Notes: generated from the letters alone by a model not told the origin. DNA of 64,000 nt from an uncultured bacterium (GCA_963801165.1 CAWDDT010000004.1:384001-448000), one strand, 5' to 3'; counted from the first letter of the stretch, positions 32,794 through 42,633 are shown. A program made the numbers and translations.

Positions 32794-33338
32794 GCCCGGT
32801 CACCTCCCATCTCGAGACGTTTCGCCAGCGTCTGCTTGGCCCTACTCAGGTGGGTCTTGACCGTTTCCTCCGAACACCCCATTACCTCGGCTACCTCACG
32901 ACGAGACAACCCATTCAGATATACCAACGCCACCGTCTGGGCCTGCCGGCGAGGCAGCCGGCGCACCTCCCGCCACAAATCAAGATCAGCCTCCACATCC
33001 AACCCCGGATAGTCACCCGGTGGCGACCCGAGTCGCATCAATGCTCTCGCCTGAGCCGCAGTCCGACGGAACCACGAAACCGAGCTGTTCGCCACGACGG
33101 TTCGCACCCACGCCCCCGGATTGTCCATTCCGCTCACCCGGTCCCATTGGTAAAGCGTGGTCAGGAATGCCTCTTGCACCAGCTCCTCAGCCACGGACCG
33201 GTTTCCCGATAGGACAATGGCCAGCCCCAGCACCTGGCGGTACTGGCGGCGATAGAACACCTCAAAGGTCTCCCTGGCCCTAACAACCGGCAGGTCATCC
33301 ACCAGACTCAACTCACCCCATGTCTGAATCGTTGCCAC
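32790..33338 (-). CDS. ECF RNA polymerase sigma factor (SigE-like)
   Basis: AEELVQEAF (region 2), AWVRTVVAN, LPRRQAQTVALVY...EVAEVMGCSEETVKTHLSRA (region 4). Confidence 0.93.
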   Translation of the reverse strand: MATIQTWGELSLVDDLPVVRARETFEVFYRRQYRQVLGLAIVLSGNRSVAEELVQEAFLTTLYQWDRVSGMDNPGAWVRTVVANSSVSWFRRTAAQARALMRLGSPPGDYPGLDVEADLDLWREVRRLPRRQAQTVALVYLNGLSRREVAEVMGCSEETVKTHLSRAKQTLAKRLEMGGDRA

Positions 33339-33655
33339 ACCCAGTAAAACGCATCAGACCCACATTATGGGGGACAGCAACCCAATAAGGTCTAGAAAAG
33401 CTCTGCCGTCGCCCCCAACCAACGATCAACAGATCCCGCTCGACAAGCACTTCGCCGGGGCCGGGCTTCTTCATGGACGGATGTGCACAAGAGATTTCGA
33501 TCGGTTCATCAACGGCCGCAATGGTGCGTTGGCCCGCATTTGGTCCGCGAGAGGATGGAGAACGGTCACAAATGATGACAAATGCCGGAGGCTGAAAACG
33601 TCTACGACACAGAGCATTTCAGCGAATCGCCAGTGTCGCCGTTTACCCTCCGCAT

Positions 33656-33701
33656 TGATTTGTAATCAGCAGGTCATGGGTTCGAATCCCTTCGCCAGCT
33701 C
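33656..33701 (+). repeat. att duplicate (3' part of tRNA-Thr)
   Basis: Identical to 24018-24063; lacks the 5' acceptor strand and D-arm. Confidence 0.95.
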
Positions 33702-33759
33702 AGTGGAATCCCCCGTTTTGACGGGGGATTCTGTCTATGGGCCGTCGAGGCCGGCACAC

Positions 33760-34083
33760 GGCACGGTGTCGCCGTACCAACTACCCGTCGAGCTGCCGAC
33801 CGCATGGTCGGCAGCCTTTGGACCCGACGAGAAACTCGCACTTGGCCTCTCGACGAACGACGTGGCCCTGATCTCCGGGTCCGACCTGATGATCCTCGAC
33901 GGGCTTCCGGTTGACGGATCACCCATCGACATTGCCTGGACCGATGAGGGCGCTGGGCTGCTCGTGAACGTGTCGGCCGCGACCGTCAACGACTCCGGAA
34001 TATACGGCTGCGACATATCAATGCTGACACCCTGCCAGAAGGTCGTGGACTGGTCCCCCGATGTCCGGCTCGCCCACAACTGA
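33760..34083 (+). pseudogene. Probable C-terminal fragment of a beta-propeller protein
   Basis: SAAFGPDEKLALG...PIDIAWTDEGAGLLV; no credible start codon. Confidence 0.35.
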
Positions 34084-34430
34084 GTCGTGATGTGGCCTAT
34101 GCCGCTCAACAGCGAGGGCCGCAAGGAAGGGACGGGCCCGGTGGGGTCGACTCCCACCCAGTCGACTCGCGTTCCGCTAGTCGACTCCGGCACGCAGGCC
34201 AAGACCAACGGTGCAGATACGGGCCAACGTCTTGAGAAGCTCAGCCGTCGAGAACCGGCGACGGTGTCCTTGGCGGCCCGACCTCCAACGAGGGACACCA
34301 ACGAACGGGGAGGCCCCGCCCGCTCATGGCATCACTTCTCTGCTCGGCTTGTCGGATACAGACTGTGGTGGAGAGGGAGGCTGGCTGCCGGCAAAGACTC
34401 TGGACGTCTTTGCGTATCGCTGTGGCGAGA

Positions 34431-34694
34431 TCATCTTGGTCGGTAGACGTCACGGCGGTGCTGGATCCTGTGGATTAGGACGGTGTCGTCGTTCTCGAAG
34501 ATCTCGTAGATGATGCGGTAGTCACCGCGCCGTGCGGAGTGGAGTCCTTCGAGTTCGCCGAGTAGTGGCTTCCCGAGCCGCTGGGGATTCTCAGCGATAG
34601 GTCCGAAGATTGCCGCTAGGGCAGCGTTGCGGACTTTCTCGGGGAGCTGGTTGAGGTGGCGCAGACCCTCAGGTGTGATCTCGACTTCGTACAC
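34431..34694 (-). CDS. RelE/ParE-family toxin
   Basis: MYEVEIT...GKPLLGELEGLHSARRGDYRIIYEI...IQHRRDVYR. Confidence 0.92.
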   Translation of the reverse strand: MYEVEITPEGLRHLNQLPEKVRNAALAAIFGPIAENPQRLGKPLLGELEGLHSARRGDYRIIYEIFENDDTVLIHRIQHRRDVYRPR

Positions 34695-34703
34695 GAAGTC
34701 ACC

Positions 34704-34958
34704 TCAGATGTGATCTGATAGGCGGAGTCGCTTGCCTTTGGCGGCTTCTCGTCTTGACCGTCGCAACGACTTCATCAGTTCGTCGTCTCTGAGGATGTCG
34801 AGTGACTCCTCGAGGGATTCGAGATCGTCGAGGCTCATGAGCACAAATGAGGGTCGGCCGTTGCGGGTCACCAAGATTCGGTCGTGTTCGACTTCGACCC
34901 GGTCGGCCAACTCAGAGAGATGTGCCTTGACTTCTGAGAAGGGGAGGGTGTCGCTCAT
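34704..34958 (-). CDS. Phd/YefM-family antitoxin
   Basis: LPFSEVKAHLSELADRV...ILVTRNGRPSFVLMSLDDLESLEES. Confidence 0.92.
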   Translation of the reverse strand: MSDTLPFSEVKAHLSELADRVEVEHDRILVTRNGRPSFVLMSLDDLESLEESLDILRDDELMKSLRRSRREAAKGKRLRLSDHI

Positions 34959-35145
34959 GCCCACCAGTATAGGTCGGAATATTGACCTATCAAAAGCCTC
35001 GTTCGGTATCAGCCAAGCAGCGCATATTTACGAGTCTCGAGCAAGCACGAGCACGACACCTAACCACGCAAAGCGGCACGTCGAGGAGCGGGTCGTCAGA
35101 CACGCAGCGTAGTCCGGTCAAGTATGCCGGCGTGCAGAGGGGTGG

Positions 35146-35490
35146 CTACAGCTGCCGCAGGCGTAGGCTGCGCACATGCTCGAAGTCGGATCTGTTTCGG
35201 GTAGCGAGGCCGAGCCCATGTTCAATGGCAGTTGCGGCGATGAGTGCGTCCGGAAGACGGATGCCGCGCTCACGACGAATGCGGCCGGCTCGTTCGGCCA
35301 CGGTGCGGTCCACCGGGAGCTCCCGAAACGGGGCAAGCAACATGCTGACCAGATTGGTGGCGGTATTGCCGGCGAAGAGCTCGGCCCGGGTGATGACTGA
35401 GTAGTGCAATCGGTGGCGACCGGGGGCAAGCTGCCGTGCTCCTCGAAGATGGTCGATGAAGATGTCGGTGTCGACGAGGATGTCAGCCAC
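35146..35490 (-). CDS. vapC: VapC PIN-domain toxin
   Basis: ILVDTDIFIDHLRG, SVITRAEL, LPDALIAATA, ATRNRSDF. Confidence 0.9.
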   Translation of the reverse strand: MADILVDTDIFIDHLRGARQLAPGRHRLHYSVITRAELFAGNTATNLVSMLLAPFRELPVDRTVAERAGRIRRERGIRLPDALIAATAIEHGLGLATRNRSDFEHVRSLRLRQL

Positions 35491-35704
35491 GATCCCATTC
35501 GTCCCGGCTAGGTGCCGTCGCTCCTGGTGCTGCTCCAAAGGTGGTCGCGAGCGCCGGTTCTGGATCGGGTGCTTCGTCCTCGAGATAGAAATCGAGGGCA
35601 CGGCGAATGATCTCCGCCATGGTTACGCCTTCGTCCTCGGCCAGGGCGTCGATGCGTTGGCGCTGCTCCTTAGTGAGGTATACCTGCGTGCGAATTGCGG
35701 ACAT
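35483..35704 (-). CDS. CopG/RHH antitoxin (VapB-like)
   Basis: IRTQVYLTKEQRQRIDALAEDEGVTMAEIIRRALD; overlaps vapC. Confidence 0.87.
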   Translation of the reverse strand: MSAIRTQVYLTKEQRQRIDALAEDEGVTMAEIIRRALDFYLEDEAPDPEPALATTFGAAPGATAPSRDEWDRG

Positions 35705-35857
35705 ACATCACAATATACAGCACCACTAGGCTCAGATCAACGGCCTCGGAGCAGAGACCAGCATGTTGTCGACCACGCAGAGCGGCACCGCGTAGCTCGG
35801 CCGGGTGGGGGTCTAGATCCCTCGATGCCGGTGGTGTCGGGTGAAAGGACCGTATCG

Positions 35858-36200
35858 ATGTCCTCTGATAGGAACCCTCCAGCGGAAAAGGACCGTGATG
35901 CTGGCTTGGCTGTGCCCGATGCTGACATGTCGGAGTGGGCTGAGGCTTTGGTGGCTCAGGCCCGCACCGACGGGATCGAGCTGACTGGTGAGGGCGGCTT
36001 GTTGACGGGTTTGATCCGGCAGGTCCTCCAGACAGGTCTTCGAGGTGGAGATGGCTGATCATCTCGGCTACGACCGCTATTCGCCGGAGGTAGGGGTTCG
36101 GGGAACTCCCGCAACGGCCATTCCCCACAGCGGGTGACGACCGATGTTGGTGAGGTCGAGTTGCTGGTCGCGAGGGATCGTGCCGGCTCGTTCGAGCTGA
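35858..36200 (+). pseudogene. IS256-family transposase N-terminal fragment
   Basis: LTGEGGLLTGLIRQVLQ / EMADHLGYD / GNSRNG...TDVGEVELLVARDRAGSFE, in shifting frames and truncated. Confidence 0.85.
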
Positions 36201-36279
36201 CGAATGGGGCGGCAAGTATCCAGCGATGATCCGCTCCTGGGAGAACAGCTGCACCGTAGTCGGCCGCTCAACCTTGGTT

Positions 36280-37809
36280 TTAGGCGGCTCCCGATTCGGC
36301 GGTCACCCCGGCCATGAGCAACCCGACCTGTTCCCGGGTCGTCGTCTTGGGGTCCACGATGCCCATCACCTGGCCCTCGTACATCACCGCGATCCGGTCG
36401 GAAACGCCGAATACCTCATCCAGGTCCTCGGAGATCATCAGCACCGCCGTCCTGGCGTCACGCTGCTCGATCAGCCGTTGGTGGATGTACTCGGAGGCGC
36501 CGATGTCGACACCGCGGGTGGGCTGGGCGGCCACCAGCGCCTTGGGAGTGCCGGACAACTCACGGGCGATGATCATCTTCTGAATGTTGCCGCCGGACAG
36601 GTTGCGGGCAGGCGTATCCAGGGTCGGGGTCTTGACCGCATACTCGCCGACCAGTTGCCGGCAATGGCTGGTGATCGCCCCGAAGTCGTAAAGACCCCGC
36701 TTGAGGAACTTCTTGTCGCTGTGCTCGGTCAGGAGCAGGTTCTCCGAGACGGTGAAGTTTGATATCGCCCCATCCTGCATCCGTTTCTCGGGGATGTAGG
36801 CGAGGCCGGTCGCTCGGACCTCAGCAGGCTTCATGCCCGTCACGTCCACCCCGTCAATCGTGATTGTCCCCGCGGTGGGGGTGCGCAAGCCGGCGATTGC
36901 CTCAGCGAGGAGCATTTGACCGTTGCCGGACACCCCGGCGATGCCGAGGATCTCGCCGGCATTCACATCGAGGTCGATGCCCTTTACCCCTTCCTGGCCC
37001 CGGTCCTGCAGCACCCGTAGCCCGCGAATCTCGAGGGTCGCGTTTCCAGGGTTGGCTGCCGCCTTGTCAGGGGCGAGCTTGACGGCTCGACCCACCATCA
37101 TCTGTGCGAGGCTCTCCCGGGTAGCGCCCGCGACGGGGACGTGTCCGGTCACCTTGCCCTGGCGGAGCACCGTGATGCGGGTGCTCAACGCCAGTACCTC
37201 GTGGAGCTTGTGTGAGATGAAGATCAGGCCGCGACCATCGTCGCATAGCTGGCGGAGCGTATCGAAGAGTTGATTTACTTCCTGCGGTGTGAGGACCGCA
37301 GTCGGCTCGTCGAGGATGAGCAAACGCGCATCGCGATATAGGGCCTTGATGATCTCGACCCGCTGCTGCTGACCCACCGCCAACTGCCACACGTATGCGC
37401 TGGGCTCAACCTTCAGCCCGTAGACCTTGCCGAGCTCCAGGATGCGGGCCGAGACCGCATCGAGGTCTGTGACCACCCCGCGGCTTGATCGCAGCCCGAG
37501 GGCGACATTCTCGGCAACGGTCAGGCTCGGCACCAGCATGAAGTGCTGGTGGATCATCCCGATGCCGTTGGCGATGGCATCCGTCGGGCTGGCGATATGA
37601 AGGGGGTTGCCATTGAGGAAGATCTCACCCTCATCGGGGTCGTACAACCCGTAAAGGATCTTCATCAGCGTGCTCTTGCCTGCTCCGTTCTCGCCGAGCA
37701 GGGTGTGTACCTCGCCGGGGAAGAGATCGAAGTCGATGTGGTCGCTGGCGAGAACACCCGGGAACCGCTTGGTGATCCCTCGCATGTCCAGCATCGGGGC
37801 TCCGGTCAA
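36280..37809 (-). CDS. Nucleoside/heterocycle ABC importer ATP-binding protein (two NBDs)
   Basis: GENGAGKSTL, LDEPTAVLTPQE, LSGGNIQK, QPTRGVD; start uncertain. Confidence 0.92.
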   Translation of the reverse strand: MTGAPMLDMRGITKRFPGVLASDHIDFDLFPGEVHTLLGENGAGKSTLMKILYGLYDPDEGEIFLNGNPLHIASPTDAIANGIGMIHQHFMLVPSLTVAENVALGLRSSRGVVTDLDAVSARILELGKVYGLKVEPSAYVWQLAVGQQQRVEIIKALYRDARLLILDEPTAVLTPQEVNQLFDTLRQLCDDGRGLIFISHKLHEVLALSTRITVLRQGKVTGHVPVAGATRESLAQMMVGRAVKLAPDKAAANPGNATLEIRGLRVLQDRGQEGVKGIDLDVNAGEILGIAGVSGNGQMLLAEAIAGLRTPTAGTITIDGVDVTGMKPAEVRATGLAYIPEKRMQDGAISNFTVSENLLLTEHSDKKFLKRGLYDFGAITSHCRQLVGEYAVKTPTLDTPARNLSGGNIQKMIIARELSGTPKALVAAQPTRGVDIGASEYIHQRLIEQRDARTAVLMISEDLDEVFGVSDRIAVMYEGQVMGIVDPKTTTREQVGLLMAGVTAESGAA

Positions 37810-37830
37810 TGTGATGCCTTTCGCTTGCTT

Positions 37831-37863
37831 TGGGTGGGGAGACCGCCAGCGTCTCCCCACCCA
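37831..37863. terminator. Strong intercistronic hairpin between the BMP and ATPase genes
   Basis: 13-bp perfect stem TGGGTGGGGAGAC / GTCTCCCCACCCA. Confidence 0.65.
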
Positions 37864-37878
37864 GGATGATCACCGGAA

Positions 37879-38970
37879 TTAGGAGCCGGTGACGATCGAG
37901 CCGTCGATGATGCCGTTGATGGCGGCATCTGCCTTGGCCCTCACGTCAGCGGGAAGGTCGTAGCCGTCGTTGAACTCGATGACCTCGCCTCCGTTGGCGA
38001 GATTGATGCGGTAGATGTGGTTTGCGTCCGCCGCTTTGTTCTGGACCTGAGCGATGATGTCGCGCAGCACGACCTCCCAGTGATAGACCTGCGAAGCGAC
38101 GACGATGTCCGGAGCGAGCTGCGTTTGGTTGGCCTGAGTGCCGAACCAAAGGACGTTGCTCTCTTGGGCAACTCCGACTGCGCCAACCATGCTCTGGGAG
38201 CTTCCCGTCAGCACGTCGGCTCCGGCGCTGATGTCCGACTGGGCCGTTTCCGAGGCCAGAGCAACATCGCTGAATGAGCCCGTGTAGACGATCTTCACGT
38301 CGGCGTTCGGATTCTCGGCGAGCGCGCCCTTATCAAAGGCGTCGATATACAGCTTGGCGTCACCAACCTCCACCGGTCCGACCACTCCAATGACCCCGGA
38401 CTGGCTCAGGGCGGCAGCCATGACGCCCATCACATATCCGCCCTCGTCGGCCCGCGCCTCATAGGAGTAAACGTTGTCGAGGCCGAAGGTGTCGGTCGTG
38501 GTGCCCCACGCAAAGGTGACGTCCGGATAATCGGGGGCGATCTCCTGCAGCGATCCGCCGTACTGCGAGCCGTGGGCGATGACCAAGTCGTAGCCCTGGT
38601 CGGCGTAGTCGCGAAGCGCCGCGGCGGCATCATCGACCACAAACAGGTTGTCGCTGATCGCGATCTCGACGTTGCCCATCTCGCTCTTGATCACGTTCGC
38701 GGCGTCAACCATCGATTGGGTGAAGGCGAGATCGTTCTGGGCGGACGGCGCCACGATGGCGATTCGCAGCGGTGTCGTCGGCGCCGCGGTGGTTTCGGCC
38801 ATCGTGGTTGGCGTCTCTGCCGCCGTCGTTCCTGGCGCGGCGGTGGTTGCGGCCGCCGTTGTGGTTGTTGGCGCGGCAGTAGTGGTAGCAGCGGTGTCGT
38901 CACCGCCACAGCCGGCGACAGCCAGCGCAACCGCCACAAAAACGGTAAACAAAGCGTATCTGCTTCTCAT
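37879..38970 (-). CDS. BMP-family ABC substrate-binding lipoprotein (purine nucleoside type)
   Basis: Lipobox AVAGC, Thr/Ala linker, NDLAFTQS, GYDLVIAHG, YTGSFSD. Confidence 0.88.
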   Translation of the reverse strand: MRSRYALFTVFVAVALAVAGCGGDDTAATTTAAPTTTTAAATTAAPGTTAAETPTTMAETTAAPTTPLRIAIVAPSAQNDLAFTQSMVDAANVIKSEMGNVEIAISDNLFVVDDAAAALRDYADQGYDLVIAHGSQYGGSLQEIAPDYPDVTFAWGTTTDTFGLDNVYSYEARADEGGYVMGVMAAALSQSGVIGVVGPVEVGDAKLYIDAFDKGALAENPNADVKIVYTGSFSDVALASETAQSDISAGADVLTGSSQSMVGAVGVAQESNVLWFGTQANQTQLAPDIVVASQVYHWEVVLRDIIAQVQNKAADANHIYRINLANGGEVIEFNDGYDLPADVRAKADAAINGIIDGSIVTGS

Positions 38971-39023
38971 TGGTTTGTTCCTTCTCTCTGTCTTATCCGG
39001 GTCCGGCGAACCGGCCCGGGAAC

Positions 39024-39956
39024 TCATGTACCTCTCTCGAACGGTTTGGTCAGAGCCGTGGGTGCGCGGAATCGCTGGGCAACGACGACGAGGGCCAGGA
39101 TGGTGACCACCGCGGGAGCCATGGCCGCGATATCGGACCAGCTGCGCGGGATGACCCCGATCGTCTTCAGTTGCAGCACGATTGAGTTTACGAAGCCGTA
39201 GAGCAATGCGCCAGCCATCACGCCCAGCGGGCGCCAAGCGCCGAAGTAAACGAGGGCGATAGCGATGAACCCGGCAGCGTTTGTCAAGTTGCCCTGGAAG
39301 ATCTTGAGGTCGATCGCCAGCGCGGCACCAGCGATGCCGGCGAGCGTCCCGCCGATCATCACCGTTGCGTAGCGAATCCGGTTGACGTTGACCCCGAGGC
39401 TGTCCGCGGCCTCCGGGTTCTCACCGACGGCCCGGATCCTCATCCCAAATGTGGTCCAGTTGATGATGAAGATGCTGATCGGGACCGCGGCGAACGCGAG
39501 ATAGACGATGATGCTGTGCCGGAACAGCATCTCGCCGACGACCGGGATGTCGCTCAGGCCGGGAATGTCGAGCTTGGGGAAGCTCGCGATCGGAAGTGGG
39601 GAGCCGACCCATCGTTGGAAGAGCAGGTCGCTGAAACCCAGGCCGAACAGATAGACGCCGATACCGCTGATGCCCTGCTGGGCTTTGAGGGTCACCGACA
39701 TGATCGCGGTGAGGATCCCAAACAACAGACCGACCAGCAAGCCGACCAACAGTCCGATCCACACGTTGCCGGATTGCAGGACCGCGTAATAGCCACCGAA
39801 CGCACCGAGCAGCATTACCCCGTCGACTCCGAGGTTGAGGACACCGCTGCGCTGGCCGTACATCTCGCCGAGCGATGCGATCAGGAGCGGGACGGCGAGC
39901 CTGATTCCGGATGCGACCGTTGCGATGAGCACGGCCTGGGTAAAGAATTTACTCAT
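39024..39956 (-). CDS. Nucleoside-type ABC permease
   Basis: QRSGVLNLGVDG, RAVGENPEAADSLG, GFIAIALVYFGAWRP. Confidence 0.9.
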   Translation of the reverse strand: MSKFFTQAVLIATVASGIRLAVPLLIASLGEMYGQRSGVLNLGVDGVMLLGAFGGYYAVLQSGNVWIGLLVGLLVGLLFGILTAIMSVTLKAQQGISGIGVYLFGLGFSDLLFQRWVGSPLPIASFPKLDIPGLSDIPVVGEMLFRHSIIVYLAFAAVPISIFIINWTTFGMRIRAVGENPEAADSLGVNVNRIRYATVMIGGTLAGIAGAALAIDLKIFQGNLTNAAGFIAIALVYFGAWRPLGVMAGALLYGFVNSIVLQLKTIGVIPRSWSDIAAMAPAVVTILALVVVAQRFRAPTALTKPFERGT

Positions 39957-41128
39957 AGCGCTACCCCGGGCGGGTCGGGCGAGTCGAGTTCCGGTGGTCC
40001 GGCGGCCGCGGTGTCTGCCGAAGCCCCGGTGAGAGGAGTGGTGTCCTCGCCGACGACCGGCCGTCGCTCCAGTAGTCGCTGCCGGAAGCGCTCGGTCGAG
40101 ACCACGAAGATGACCACGATCCCGTTGAGCGCCAGGATCAAAGCAGAGGGGACCTGGACGGCGCGTTGCAGCGAATTGCCACCAACCAGCAGGCCACCGA
40201 ACAGGAAGGAGGCCGGGATCGTCCAAAGCGGATGGAGACCGCCGAAGAGGGCGGCGACGATCCCGTTGAAGCCGGCCGATCCGGTGAACCCTGCCGTCGA
40301 TCCGTCGGTGATCATACGGTGGCTCTCGCTGCCAAAGACGAGCACGGCGCCGGCGAGTCCCGCCATCGCGCCGCTCAGGGTGAGCGCAAGGACGATCGTT
40401 CGCTTCACCGGGATTCCGGCATAGCGCGAGGCGTCTGTGTTCTGACCGACGGCCCGCAGCCGGTAGCCGAGCGGGGTGCGCCACAGCAGGATGTAAGCGC
40501 CAATTGCCGCCACAACCGCCAGCAAGGGCCCGATATGGAACCGGCCCGATCCCAGGAGGAGGGGAAGGTCGGCGCTCTCAGTCAGCCGCTGGGTTTGTGG
40601 GATCAGGTTGGCTCCATTCGGGTCGATGAGCGGGCCGCGCAGCAGATAGTTCATCAACTGGACCGCGACCACGTTCAACATGATGGTGCTGAGGATCTCG
40701 TTGACCCCGTAGTACGCCTTGAGCGCTCCGGGGACCGCGCCCCAGATGGCGCCGCCGACGATACCCGCCGCGAGGACTAGCGGGAGCATGACGATGGCGG
40801 GCAGTGAGGGTGCGTTGAGGGCGACGATGGTTGACAGCAGCGCTCCGGCGACCATCTGACCCTCGCCGCCGATGTTGATCACGTTCGCCCGGAAGGCGAT
40901 CGTGATTCCGACGCCGACGAATAGCAGCGGGGTGGCCTTGAGGGCGGTCTCGGTGAGGGCCTTCCAGGAGCCGAATGCCCCGGAAAGCATCGCCCGCAAC
41001 CCTTCCAACGGGCTGGCGCTGAACGCGAGGAGCATGAGCGCTCCGAGCAGGAGGGCGGCAAGCACCGATCCGATCGAAACCGCGTATGCGATGATCCGGC
41101 GCTGGCGGATCCCACCGAGCGAAGTCAT
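39953..41128 (-). CDS. Nucleoside-type ABC permease
   Basis: NIGGEGQ, VNEILSTIMLN, RAVGQN, GFNGIVAALFG. Confidence 0.9.
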   Translation of the reverse strand: MTSLGGIRQRRIIAYAVSIGSVLAALLLGALMLLAFSASPLEGLRAMLSGAFGSWKALTETALKATPLLFVGVGITIAFRANVINIGGEGQMVAGALLSTIVALNAPSLPAIVMLPLVLAAGIVGGAIWGAVPGALKAYYGVNEILSTIMLNVVAVQLMNYLLRGPLIDPNGANLIPQTQRLTESADLPLLLGSGRFHIGPLLAVVAAIGAYILLWRTPLGYRLRAVGQNTDASRYAGIPVKRTIVLALTLSGAMAGLAGAVLVFGSESHRMITDGSTAGFTGSAGFNGIVAALFGGLHPLWTIPASFLFGGLLVGGNSLQRAVQVPSALILALNGIVVIFVVSTERFRQRLLERRPVVGEDTTPLTGASADTAAAGPPELDSPDPPGVAL

Positions 41129-41287
41129 CCGCGGCGCTCCTTTCGAAGTTCGGCTATTCAACCACCGGGATCCGGGTCAGGCTGCTATTTGCTTTACGAA
41201 ATGTCAAGTCGAAGGCGATGCGTTTGCGGCGTCGTGGTCGCGATCGAGATCAATAGCTCCGGGCTCCTCGCTGATCAGGTGCGGCCA

Positions 41288-41908
41288 TCAGTTGTGCTCG
41301 CTCGGGCCCATGATCGTGATGCCCTCGGTCTCCTCGACGTGCCGGACGAAGGCGTAGGTGTCCTCACGGCCGTCGGAATGCTTGCGCGCTATCCCGGGTT
41401 CGAGTATGCCATCGGTCTTCGCGACGACGACATACGGTTCACGCGCCGCTAGGCCCGCCGCACAGTGCATGTCGAATTCATCCAGGTCGCTTGTGACAAA
41501 CGCTTTCTCGATCCCGGCCCCCCGGGCGATCGCCGCCAGGTCGACCAAGCCCGAGGCGGTGTGGGTACGCGGGCCACCGATGGACTGGTACTGCTCGTTG
41601 TCCCAGACGACGACGAGCAGGTTCTCCGGGCGCTCGTTGCCCAGCGTCGCAAGAATGCCGAGGCCGAAGAGCATCCCGCCGTCGGTGTCCAGCGAGACGA
41701 TCTGCCGGTGCGGGAGCCCGACCGCCAGCCCGAACGCCTCGGGGGTCACGCAGCCCAGCTGCTGCTGGAAGAGGCTGGCCCGGCGCATGTGCGGGGCGGC
41801 GTTGTACCACTCGTCGACGGCGCCGCCTAGGGACAGCACCACCAGTTCGTCGCTCAGGCGCGCACCCAGGCGTTGCATGCACGCGAACCGGCGCAGGCGT
41901 GGGCTCAT
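41288..41908 (-). CDS. TPP-dependent decarboxylase beta subunit (ComE/phosphonopyruvate decarboxylase-like)
   Basis: TPP motif DTDGGMLFGLG...WDNEQYQSIGG; ATGA-coupled to the alpha subunit. Confidence 0.8.
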   Translation of the reverse strand: MSPRLRRFACMQRLGARLSDELVVLSLGGAVDEWYNAAPHMRRASLFQQQLGCVTPEAFGLAVGLPHRQIVSLDTDGGMLFGLGILATLGNERPENLLVVVWDNEQYQSIGGPRTHTASGLVDLAAIARGAGIEKAFVTSDLDEFDMHCAAGLAAREPYVVVAKTDGILEPGIARKHSDGREDTYAFVRHVEETEGITIMGPSEHN

Positions 41909-42405
41909 CGAACGATTCCTCCGCCGAGCACAATGGCCGAGTGGTGGTAGGCGGCGTAGGACCAAGCATACGCATCGGTGATGGCCCGCTCGATCTCGTC
42001 GACGTCGCGCACGATCCGGTACGGTGTCCGCAGCGCCTGCAGGATCGGCTCCATCGTGATGCCGTGCGGCACAGCCCACCAGTTGTTCTCTCCGAGCTCA
42101 CCGCGATAGCTCATGACCATGATCACCGGGATTCCGGCGCCCAGGCCCATCCGGGCCAGGTGCTCTGTGGCTGCCCGGAGCCCGGAGTTCTCCATCACCA
42201 GCGCGGCCCGCTTTCCGGACAGGAAGACGCCGCCGCAGATGGCGGCCCCCTCGCCCTCGTTAGTCACCGGGATGGTGCGCAGGTCGGGGTCCGCTTCCAG
42301 GGCCGGGTACAGCTCCTTGAGAAGCGAGTCCGGCAGGTACGCGACGACGCTCACGCCGGCAGCCTTCAGGCCCCGGACGACAGCGTCGACGGCATCGGGT
42401 GTCAT
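41905..42405 (-). CDS. TPP-dependent decarboxylase alpha subunit (ComD-like)
   Basis: YLPDSLLK, VTNEGEGAAICGG, MENSGL, MSYRG. Confidence 0.82.
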   Translation of the reverse strand: MTPDAVDAVVRGLKAAGVSVVAYLPDSLLKELYPALEADPDLRTIPVTNEGEGAAICGGVFLSGKRAALVMENSGLRAATEHLARMGLGAGIPVIMVMSYRGELGENNWWAVPHGITMEPILQALRTPYRIVRDVDEIERAITDAYAWSYAAYHHSAIVLGGGIVR

Positions 42406-42610
42406 GAGCGCTCCATCGGATCTGTCCTCGGACGGGTTCTCGACCGGGTGGTCACTGTAGCCCGATGACTCGGAGGCTGATTCGTGTCCGATCGACGTTG
42501 TCCTGGTCGTCAAGAGCCCGGGCCGCTGAACGAGGATCAGCAGGGTTTCGACGAAAGGTGTCGACGATGCGCTGGCGATTGCCAGCCGTTGCCCCAAGAA
42601 AAGGCATGCG

Positions 42611-42633
42611 TGTTACATGTACGTTGGTAGAAT
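42611..42633. promoter_or_regulatory. Putative GntR operator and -10 in the divergent promoter
   Basis: TGTTACATGTA (42611-42621) recurs inverted at 43457-43467; TAGAAT at 42628. Confidence 0.6.

Noticed and set aside
33656-33701. Second tRNA-Thr gene
   Set aside because: Only the 3' 46 nt are present, with no D-arm or 5' acceptor strand; it is the att duplicate.
34141-34188. GTCGACTC x3 with a small hairpin
   Set aside because: Irregular spacing and a common word in this genome; no function can be supported.
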